Origin: Haliotis cracherodii
Taxonomy: Eukaryota
Length of the DNA: 64,000 nt
NCBI RefSeq assembly: GCF_022045235.1
Contig: NW_027266308.1
Location: forward strand, 35,588,001 to 35,652,000
Direction of reading: 5' to 3'
The notes beneath the pieces are model-generated. The model was not told the DNA's origin. It worked only from the letters and a program-made list of their open reading frames with translations, and ran no database searches. Position 1 is the first letter of the stretch; the number at the start of each line of letters is the position of its first letter. Positions 51,879 to 62,263 of the stretch are shown piece by piece. A program made the translations under genes and the position numbers.

Positions 51879-54389
51879 AGTAAATAATCAAGTCTGGACC
51901 AGACAATTCAGTGGTTAATATCATGAGCATCGATCCACGCAATTGGGATACGATGACATGCATCATGCAATTCGTGTTATTCCGGGTCTTCTTGCAGGTT
52001 ACAGAAAGGGGCGCGTGGCCACCCGATCCCGTCAGTCGCCTCTTACGACAAGCATAGTCGCCTTTTACAGAAAGCATTGGTTGTTGAAGACCTATTCTTC
52101 CCTGGATCTTCACAAACCAGTGGTTGATAGCATGAGCATCGGACGACACCGTCGCGACATGATGACATCAGACTCATATATGGACCGCATCACCTGGTCA
52201 TGACGACACATACAATGGTGTAAATATATTGTACTCCCCATTGCCATGGATTTCGGAAACACGGGACATCAAATCCTGGCCAGTCTATCTCTGTGGTCAG
52301 TTTGTTAATGATATTTAACGCCGATTCTAACAATATTTCAACTATATAACTTAGGCTTCATGTTTTGTTCCCATTATGTTCTCGAATCCGTGTTTTGGGC
52401 GTGAAGTTGGTTTGTTGTTTAACGCCGCACTCAGCAATATTCCATCTATATGACAGCGGTCTGTAAATAATCGAGTCTGGACCAGACAATGCAGTGGTTA
52501 ATATCACGAGCATCGATCCACGCAATTGGGACCGATAACATGCATCAACCAAATCAGCGAGCCTGACCACCCGATCCCGTTAGGCGCCTCTTACGACAAG
52601 CATAGTCGCCTTTTACGGCACGCATAGGTTGCCTATTCTACCCCGGATCTTCAAGGGTCAGTTTTGTGAATGAAGCACATCAACCAAATATATCAGCAGA
52701 GTAAATCATTTAACTTTCCCGATACTACACAGGACGGTGGTGGGATCCTAGCGGTTAAAGCGTTCGCTCGTCACGCCGTATGCCCGGTTAATATAGCCAC
52801 TAGCCTGACCACCCGATCCCGTTAGTCGCCTTTTACGACAAGCATAGTCACCTTTTACGGCAAGTATGGGTTGCTGAAGACCTATTCTACCCCGGATCTT
52901 CACGGGTCTTGGGCGTGAAGCTTTCGCCGCTTTCACAACGACGTGGTTCGTTATATGTTTAAACCATTGTGATGAAGTCATACAATTGTTGCAGCTGATT
53001 TTGAGCCACGAAGTCACCAGCCATTCTAAATGTGCATTTTAATCAAGTAAAAGTGCGCAACGTGGTTTAAGAAATAACGAGAATCTGTTGGCTCGTGGAT
53101 TCTACTTCGGGAATCACAGATACTCATGATTACTCCATTACTTATTTAAATCCGTGAAAGGTAAGAATTGTTTTATAGCAACCTATGCTTGTCGCACGAG
53201 GCGACTGACGGGATCGGGTGGTCAGGCTCGCTGACTTGGTTGATGCATGACATCGTACCCCAGTTGCGTTGATCGATGCTATCACTGGATTGTGGAGTGT
53301 GGCGTTAAACAAACCAAACAAAAAACTTTTGCAATTGTTATTGACACCAAGATTACTATCAATCATATTTAGTTGATATTGGTATCTCATATAAAAAGAC
53401 GTTGAAAAAAAGAGCATATTTGAACAACACAAGTACTTATTTGATATATATAATTCACAAAATTCTCGAACTGTCTGGCGTCTAGAAAGAGAAACTTCCT
53501 ATGCTATAGCTGGTGAGTGCGGCGTTAAACAACAAACAAACAAAACATTTGTTGACGATGAAGTCTTCGTCAGTATCTGTCCAACAGCTTACGTTCAATC
53601 GGTGAATTCGATAAGCTCAACATGGTGTCTCTCGAAAAGATGACCAATGTAAAAATGTACTACGGGACACATGAAGTGTCCGACTAACTTGTGCTTTAAT
53701 TAAACAAAAGTAAGTTATAAATTTTACCCTTGACAGAGCTTGGTATTTAAATAACACAATGTATGATGTAATGTGACTTCCCTCTGGTCAAAGCGCTTGT
53801 TAAAGTCATATTACACAACTTCAAGTCCACATTCATCTGATCAGGGATGGCCACATGTTATCAGGTCAGTGTGTGGACACATATCAAGACAACGTGTACA
53901 CATATATAAAGTCAACATTTCAGCCTATATCAAGTCAACGTTGTCATATTTATCAAGTCAATGTGTCTATATATCAGTGAGTGAGTAAGTTGGGTTTAAC
54001 GCCGCTTTTAACAGTATTCCAGTTATATCATGGCGTGTCAGCTAAATGTGGGAGGAAAGCCCGAAGTGATGCAGGTCTCAGACGTTTACCACTTCAGTGA
54101 AACCCACGAGCACGGGTATTGTGCTGACAAACCTAGAAACGTAATCGGGGCGAACCGGGATTCGAACTCACAATCATAGGTTTCTGGCGTGCCCAAGGGA
54201 CGCAACTCTGCACTGCGAATCCAGTGATTTCAGCATGAGCATCGATCCTCGCATTTGGGATACGATGACATGCATCAACCAAGTCAGCGAGCCTGACCAT
54301 CCGATCCCGTTAGTCGCCTCTTACGACAAGCATAGTCGCCTTTTACGGCACGCATAGGTTGCCTATTCTAACCCAGATCTTTACGTGTC
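51879..54389. mobile_element. Pile-up of family A copies (51879-52112 -, 52406-52659 -, 52801-52897 -, 53178-53322 +, 54220-54389 -)
   Basis: Repeated matches to the family A consensus between the convergent paralogs 5 and 6. Confidence 0.8.
53976..54220 (-). mobile_element. Family C SINE, 5'-truncated and fused to a family A copy
   Basis: Matches family C. Confidence 0.82.
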
Positions 54390-54805
54390 CAATGATAATT
54401 ATGAAGACACACAATACGTAAATCCGTTTCTAGAGCATCTCGTCTGTGATTATGGGAGAATATTATTGTTTTCGTTCACACCTTGAAAAGACATATTCAC
54501 CAGATGTGCCAACTAAAGAGATTCACTCTTTTGTTTAGGAAATGTCACCACTGCGTCATGCAAGAACTGACTATTGAGAATTGGATGGTTACAATGTGGG
54601 TCTGATTGTGGGTCATCGTGACCCGACTACGAGGATCAGTGCTCATGCTATCAATCATTCATTTCTTTCGACGTGACTAAAAACTGATTTGACCAAAAAC
54701 GTACAAATGTCATCAAAACGTAATTTGGCTGAAAACATGCGCCAAAACTCGACAAACAAATACATCACCATCGAAAAACCATTTCGTGTTTGTTTTATCT
54801 AAGAT

Positions 54806-55331
54806 CATCTTCCCGAGGTAAGGGAGTTGGATGACCGTAAAAGTCCAGTTTCCACCCTTGCCGAACAAGGTTTGAATTTCTGGGCTCGGTCGTAGCGCAG
54901 CCAGTGGCTATGACGAGTTATGTGCCTCTCTCCTACTGACCAACCGATTCCAACTTTCATATCACTTGCATTTGCTTCAAACAAATGGCGGCGCCCAGAC
55001 AAGACGTTCAGATCTATGATAAAGATCTGTATTGTAATAAAATGAGCCTTACTTCGCGAAGTGCATCAAATCCCTCTGGCATCTTGATTAGAAACATGAA
55101 AGGCTTTGGATATCTGTTGACGCCGAGTTGGCGGTATACATGCTTTACAAATCCTGCAATCGACGTAATCTGCACAACAGTTGACGAGCCGGATGTCGAT
55201 TTCGATGGGACTATTATTAGTATGAACAGACTCGTAAGTAGCCCAAATACAAATCCATAATTTCAGCCTAGTTCGGCAAGGATGGAAACTGGACTTTTAT
55301 AGACTGTTAACTCCCTTACTTTGATAAGATG
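54806..55331. mobile_element. MITE with about 70-bp imperfect TIRs (GTAAGGGAGTT...TAAAAGTCCAGTTTCCA..CTTGCCGAAC)
   Basis: The two ends are reverse complements. Confidence 0.78.
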
Positions 55332-55748
55332 TCGAACCTGGGCGTATACTTTCTTTTGTCCGATAGTGTACACGTAGATGTAATGGTGACTACAAAATAA
55401 AACACCATTCAGTCACTCGCACCTTGTAACCAACTAGTAGATCTAATCGTCATTTTATCCGGGTTCGTGAGAGTTCACGTCACGTTAAACGATTCACCCT
55501 TCTTATGGGGATTTCTTTTTACAAAGAAAATAAATGAAAAAAAAGACATAGATCAAAATATTTATTCAACATATTTAACATAAAAATAACAATAAAACGG
55601 TATATATGTTTACACAGCAATTCAAAATCGCTGGAGCAAAACCGCTCGATATATAAACTGCATATAAAACTGCACAGCATTTCAAAATCGCAGGAGCAAA
55701 ACTGCTCGTTATATCCCCACAAATGCAGACATTTAGTGAGGTTCGGCC

Positions 55749-56167
55749 CTACGACTCTCTTCGACTTCGCGTTCCGCATTCATCTGATGACATTCTTGGG
55801 GTAGCGTTTGTCATTTCATCACCAAGGCGTAGGTGATGAAGACAAGTTCCAAGGTAAGCAGCATACATGCTGCAAGACTGACACACACCTTCTGTGGCAC
55901 AGGGTTCCCGGAACAAAGCTGCAACATCATCACAAGAGGATGCTGTGTGTCGCCACTGGTTCCCATGGTGATCGTTGCTCAGATAGTAATTGTCTTGGTG
56001 GTACACACTGTCGAAACAGCCTGTCCTATTAAGCATATGGACATCCGTATTGGGAGAATCATATACCATCTCCAGTAGGTCCAGTTCGTCATCAGATGGC
56101 ATGGCATATATGACGTCATTCGGGGGACCTTTTGTGGCGTCGCTAGGAGGTGACAAATTGCAGGAAT
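55749..56167 (-). CDS. Paralog 6, exon 2 (DSCNLSPPSD...DELDLLEMV...TRSRRES); spliced protein about 232 aa
   Basis: Acceptor TTTTTCAG| at 56169/56168. The phase-1 join gives D-S, in frame with ORF 55749..56201. Confidence 0.75.
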
Positions 56168-56202
56168 CTGAAAAATTGAACATACGAGGTTTTACGCACA
56201 TA

Positions 56203-56700
56203 TGCGTAGTGTGATGATCATGATGTCAATCACTGGATCGTCTGGTCCAGACTCGAGTATTAACCAACTGCCGTCATATTGCTTGAATATTGAGTGCGGC
56301 GTTCAAAAACAAATAATCAAACAAACAATATCACTTAAATGTGGACATACGAGGTTTTACGCATATATATTCAAAAGGTCCATATCCTTCCCAGCGTTCG
56401 GAGAATGAAATTTTCATCGAAGTTTCATTTTTGTTATTTCCATCTGAATTCCTGTCTCGTCACAAGTTATCAATAAACCTATTTGCAAAATAAATCTCAA
56501 GAGGCGACTAACGGGATCGGGTGGTCAGGCTCGCTGACTTGGTTGATGCATGTCATCGTATCCCAAATGCGTAGTGCGATGCTCATGATGTCAATCACTG
56601 GTCCAGACTCGAGTATTAAGCAACTGCCGTCATATTGCATGAATATTGAGAACGGCGTTAAAGAACAAATAATCAAACAAACAATATCACTCAAATGTGG
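56203..56700 (+). mobile_element. Two family A fragments in the paralog 6 intron (56203-56330 and 56498-56685)
   Basis: Match the family A 3' portion. Confidence 0.8.
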
Positions 56701-57017
56701 ATCGGTTGGTTAAATGTATGGTCTGGTTTTGTGAGTGAGTAAGTTAAAGTTTTACGTCACATCGGCAATATCTCGGCCATATAGTGACGAGAACAAATTG
56801 AAAGATAACTCTGGTTTTGTGTATGTGATCGCACCCGAGTGTGTCCACCAATAATATGCCACTGGTTTTCTTGGTCCAAACTGTATTATTACAGGTAAGA
56901 TGAGGTGGGGTGAAATTCCGTGTCTCATTATTCTGACTCCCAGCCGACGGTGGTCCGATCAACGGGCGTATCATACCAAAAGACGGTACGGGTTGTTGCC
57001 CCGCCTAGCGCTCGGCG

Positions 57018-57563
57018 ACGGCCTCCGTGGTCTAGTGGTAGAGCGGAAGGTCCGGGGTCGATCCCCGTCACACCAAAAGACGTTAAAAGGTGGTACTTGT
57101 TGTTACCCTGTCTGGTACTCGGCTTTAAGGGGCTAAACAATGACTGGTCGACTCATATACTGTCAGTATATTGTGTATGAATAGGGTGTCATGCTAAACA
57201 GCCAATCTCTGTGGGCTGACATTACAAAATCGGTAAAGTCCGGACTACTACAAACAGCCACACACGTGCATACACATCGATACAAAAGCGCAATAACCCC
57301 ATGACGTTGAATCCCTTTCAACCTCACCGGCCCAACCCGGCCTTGGCTTTTTTGCCGTAAAGAGATGAGGTGAGATTGTGTTCAACGTTACTTTCATGAG
57401 TATTTTTTTTCTCTCTCTCTACTGAGTATACTGACTCCAAGCCGACCATTTCTTGGTTCAGCCCCTTATTGCCGAACGCCAGGGGATATGACGCAGCCGG
57501 GGATCGAACCACCGACCTTCCGTTCTCCGATCAGACGCTCTATCCACTAGACCACGGAGGCGT
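57018..57563. mobile_element. Inverted pair of family D SINEs in the paralog 6 intron
   Basis: Plus-strand copy 57018-57280 and minus-strand copy 57420-57563. Confidence 0.75.
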
Positions 57564-57769
57564 TGGATCATTGCCAGCCCCGTGATTAACTTGTACACTG
57601 CCGACAGCGGAGCAAAACAACAATCACTTTACTGCTGTTGGTAGGTCCGTCTTTATGAATAAAGTCTGAATTTGACAAGAGTTATATTTTTGACTGATAG
57701 CATTAGGGCTAAGCAAACACTAAAATAGGTTTCAATTCCATACAAGGTACCAGTATTTCATGTACTTAC

Positions 57770-58049
57770 CGATCAATGTGTACAAATCCTCTTCGATGCT
57801 GTGGCTGTGTCCGGAATATGTGTAGCCAATATCGTCGTCGACATCCGACGTTGCCCAGGCGTCTTCTACAACGTCGCCATGCTCTGACAACACGGAGATC
57901 CACGAGACGCGGGACTCTGGGGATTCTATCAACAGAGCAGGCTGGTACATATGTTGTGGGTCATCCAGACCTGGGAACTTGGACATATCCAGTTCGTAGG
58001 TGATGTTGATGTCGACGACGAGGGGTTGAAGTAGCGGCGACGACATCAT
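57770..58049 (-). CDS. Paralog 6, exon 1 (MMSSPLLQPLVVDINITYELDMSKFPGLDDP...EEDLYTLI)
   Basis: Motif in ORF 57732..58052. Consensus donor ATCG|GTAAGT at 57770/57769. Confidence 0.87.
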
Positions 58050-58819
58050 CACAACGAAGGCGATAATAACTATCTAACTATTTTTCTAACTAAATATCCC
58101 CATGGCCGTCATTCAACACGCTGTATGTCAATCCCCCGAGAAATCATCTTGTTATTACGCAATGAAAACTATGCCTATCTCGCTGAAACTCTGCCAGCTG
58201 AACTTGTGAATTTCAGCTATCACGATTAACAAAGCAAGGAAAATGTCCGTTACATAGGGTGGCTAATGCTAAATTAAACGACAAAAGATCTCGCCGAACA
58301 ATCAAGCGACTATCATTGATGCTCCTGTCAATTATAGCGTGGGAGAGCAAGCGTTGCTATTTGTCTTTGTCACAAATTATTGCATAGTTTCAATTCAACC
58401 CGAAAACATCAAAGGGTCTGGTTACTGAATTGAATTCTATTGACACAACTTTAACATCATATGATGTTCAATAACTGATAGTATGTTTGATAAAAAGTTC
58501 GTTTTTGATAAAAATTGAAAAGATCCATATAGCATTGATGCCAGAAGAAAAAGTTTACTCATGTTATTTGGTTCGTGTTTAGTGACACCGTAACACAAAT
58601 CAGGATCCTTATCAATTGTCCCTTTTCAGTTGGACCCCGAGGGCAAGTCTGGTGTGACTAGCCCCGAGCGTCCCTGCATCATAAATGTCAATTAAAATAA
58701 AGTTTGTGTTGTTATCAGAGCCGAAGCTCGTTACACTCAGATCGCTATCAGCGGTATAAGGGGTGCATCGGTTCCATAAATATATATACTTCATGTCACT
58801 ATAGTTCATCTACCATGTC

Positions 58820-58960
58820 CAGTTAAAGAACACCCGACTATTTTATATTACTATAGTAAAGCTGTAATGCACAGTTAAAGAACACCCAACTATTTTATAT
58901 TACCATAATAAAGCTGTAATGCACAGTTAAAGAACTCAAGATTCTTTTATGTTACTATAT
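58820..58960. repeat. Tandem repeat of about 52 bp, about 2.7 copies (CAGTTAAAGAACACCC...)
   Basis: Units start at about 58820, 58872 and 58924. Confidence 0.85.
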
Positions 58961-58994
58961 TACTCATGCCATAACCGATTAACTAGTAATAGGA

Positions 58995-59262
58995 TTTGTT
59001 TGTTGGTTTGTTGTTTAACGCCGCACTCAGCAGTATTCCAGCTATATGACGGCGGTCTGTAAATAATCGAGTCTGGACCAGACAATCCTGTGATTGACAT
59101 CATGAACATCGATCCACGCAATTGGTATCGATGACATGCATCAACCAAGTCAGCGAGTCTGACCACCCGATCCAGTTAGTCGCGTCTTTACGACAAGCAA
59201 AGTCGCCTTTAACGGCAAGCATGTGTTGCTGAAGACCTATTTCTCCCCGGATCTTCACGGGT
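58995..59262 (-). mobile_element. Family A SINE, full length
   Basis: Matches family A consensus. Confidence 0.88.
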
Positions 59263-60060
59263 CTAGTAATGTGAAAGAATTGGGCGTTCTTAACTTCTAT
59301 TGAGTTGTGTTTACAGATCCAAATCAAACTTTAAGATGATTAAAAACAAGTTCGTACATAAATCAATCTATAAAATATACCCGAAAAAGTAAAAAGTATA
59401 TAAAAATATGATCCGGAGGGGAGACGTTATTGTAACGAAAATATAATGTTTATTTCAATAAATAGCATGATTTTCAAACAAATATCAAGATGATAATAAA
59501 TATGTTTTCTGTATAATACATGTAATTGATACTCATAAATAAAAACGTATAACAAATATGTGAAAATGACAATACATGTATATAGATGAATGCAGAACTC
59601 AAAAATGGTTTTGATCACTGCACTGTGTTTCCTTGGAATATCACAATGAATATATTTATTCATATATTCGTAAGTAAGAAATCTAGTACGTCTTGGTGTG
59701 AGGGTGGGATGTTGTTTTACGCTACAGGCACTGACTTTTCATGGCGGCCAATGAATAATCGAACCTGGTCCAGACAAACCAGTTGTTGACACAGATGTTG
59801 GGGCGGTGGGGTGCGATGTCATTCTTTCGGCCAAGCCATTCGGAGTTTCCATCCTGACCTCAATATGTCGACTCGTACAATATGCTTGGTGTTCTGGGGA
59901 ATGTTTCTACCCCGGAATCCACAAAGAAGAGTGCATCTTGGGAGAGGATAAGGGCATCTGTGCGCACCCATGATTCGTGTGAGGCAGTTCTTCCAGTGAA
60001 TAAGAATAATTTGCGTCCCCTTTTATTCTCGATCACAAATAGTGACTCTCCTGTTCCCCT

Positions 60061-60587
60061 TTATGATCCTCTGGGAAATATTGTGGCGTTTTTACAGTTC
60101 TTGTGACTAATTGATGTATTAGACGTGTCTATTGTCATCAAACCCTCATCGGATGCAAGAAAGTATCTAAATTCATCGTCACTGACCGACTGGTCCATGG
60201 AGTTATCTCCCTTCCGTGATCTAACATGGCCGCTTGGGGAGAGAAAGGGAGATAACTCGTCCACTAAGTCAATGAAGAGAGGAAGCTGTTCCGTTATGCA
60301 TGTGTCCATATATTGAGACTGATGTGACGAATTTGAATCCGACACATACTGACAGGGAGTAAGCTGTGTGTATGAAGTGTCCTGTAAGTCGGTAATAACA
60401 CATTCAGCTGGCTCATGTTCTGAGGGTTGGATACAATTGTCTTGGTTAGAGCTATTCAACCAATATGTCTTTTCGTCAGTTGTACACTCGAATTCCTGTC
60501 CTTGACCTTCGTGTCCTTGATGTATTGATTCTGTTGGATGCTCACCTTCCATGATCTCCACAGTCTCATATTCAATCAAATGGGAAT
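60061..60587 (-). CDS. Paralog 7, exon 2 (DSHLIEYETVEI...LFIDLVDEL...); spliced protein about 294 aa
   Basis: Acceptor CCTTTACAG| at 60589/60588. D-S join in frame with the acidic ORF 60061..60600. Confidence 0.78.
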
Positions 60588-60866
60588 CTGTAAAGGACAA
60601 AGATGATTTAAATACACGTGGTAACAGCCATCCGAAACATGCATGCGATTAACGCGCTTAAATATAAAACGTCAACGGCAGATATCCCCAGTCTCGATTA
60701 TCCCCCGAAACAGATTCCATTAGGCGTAACAGGTACGATAGCGGTGAAAATTACTAGTATATGACTGGATCACCGAAAATCAGGGTATGCATATCCAACC
60801 TACCGATAGCCCCCACCACTGACCTAATATATAGTTATTCACATAAAACGAGTCATCACTCTTTTT

Positions 60867-61120
60867 GACCAGCGATGATTCCGGTATAGAATAGGTCTTC
60901 AGCAACCCATGCTTCCCGTAAAAGGTGACTATGCTTGTCCTGAGCGGCGACTCACGAGATTGGGTGGTCAGGCTCGCATGTCATCGATAAAATATTGCGT
61001 TGATCGATGCTCAGGATATTAATCACTGGATTGTGTGGTCCAGACTCGATTGTTTCCAGACCGCCGTCATATAGCTGGAATATTGCTGAGTGCGGCGTTA
61101 AACAACAAACGAACCAACCA
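60867..61120 (+). mobile_element. Family A SINE in the paralog 7 intron
   Basis: Matches family A consensus. Confidence 0.82.
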
Positions 61121-61399
61121 TCATTCTTTTGGATCAGTTAGTGACAGACTGTCATCATAATAAACTGGTCTGAAACTTATATGAGCAAATCAAAACGACA
61201 TTATTTAATTTTGATCGTCAGAAATAAACATATGTAGTCCATTTTAACACCCACCACTATTGACTATAAAATAACGTTACAATTTGAAGAAAATATTAAG
61301 TCAGCACAATCTACATCAGATACCATTCGAACTAAACTGAAGGGGAAAAGAAAGTATACAGTTGGATTGGATTTCACCAAATAATTACAAACATTATCA

Positions 61400-61560
61400 G
61401 AACGTTACTAGGCTGAAAACAGTCACCGAAACAATGCAAACTTAAGGTCCAAAACAGAAATATGAGACCCGTATCAAATACATCACCATCCAAAAAACAT
61501 TTCTTGTTTGTTTAATTTTTAGCCACCATCAAACCTGGTGTATGATTTTCTTGCCCTGCA
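61400..61560 (+). repeat. Dispersed repeat (CAAATACATCACCATC.AAAAAACATTTCTTG...); copies at 62965-63090 and around 54715-55360
   Basis: Three similar copies. Confidence 0.7.
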
Positions 61561-61758
61561 GTTTACATCATGGCGCATGCAAAGTGTCGTCCTTCCGCCT
61601 CAACACATAGCTACTTTTCTGGGGTGGGGTGCTTTTGTATTGTGCTGCACTCACTGCATACACATTTGGATTTAAATTAGACTGTTTCCTGTCAGTGTTG
61701 CACTTAACCGTAAATCCTACTATTAGTTTTTAAAACACAAAATAAAGGCAAATCTTAC

Positions 61759-62116
61759 CGTTGAAAAAGTACAACATGCGCGGCGAATTGTGCGTTGAGT
61801 AACATGGCTTTGTCGTAATAGGATCGCTGTCGTTGTCTTCGCCAGATACCAGAGCGTCACAGAAAACGCATCCATCGTCGCCAGGTTCCGTGTCACTGTC
61901 GTCAACGTCGCACTCCTCTTCGTCAGACTCGGGCTCATCATATTGTGTAATCGCATCAAACCAGGCTTCGTTCATCTTCTGAGACGGTAACAGTAGCGTA
62001 GGCTCCTGAATACAATCCGGATCGTCAACACCAGGGAACTTGGTCATATCCAAATCATAGTGAATATCGATGTCCACAGTTAAAACGCCAAGCGTTTCAG
62101 TCACTCCTTCCTTCAT
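61759..62116 (-). CDS. Paralog 7 (most divergent), exon 1 (MKEGVTETLGVLTVDIDIHYDLDMTKFPGVDDPDCIQEPTLLL... then acidic tract)
   Basis: Motif in ORF 61730..62176. First ATG (AAAATG) at 62116. Donor AACG|GTAAGA at 61759/61758. TATATAA at 62248-62242. Confidence 0.85.
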
Positions 62117-62205
62117 TTTCACACACAGTAACCTGGATGTTCTCCAAATCCCTTTACAGTTAGAAATCGGTTCCACTTGGTACCAACAGTATATGTATTA
62201 TCTAC

Positions 62206-62263
62206 TGACGTAATGATATTAACCCGGTAGTAATGTTTTACTTATATAGCCCTTCGTCACGTG
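62206..62263 (-). promoter_or_regulatory. Paralog 7 core promoter: TATATAA, E-box CACGTG (62258), ATF/CRE-type site (62206)
   Basis: Motifs read directly upstream of the ATG at 62116. Confidence 0.5.
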
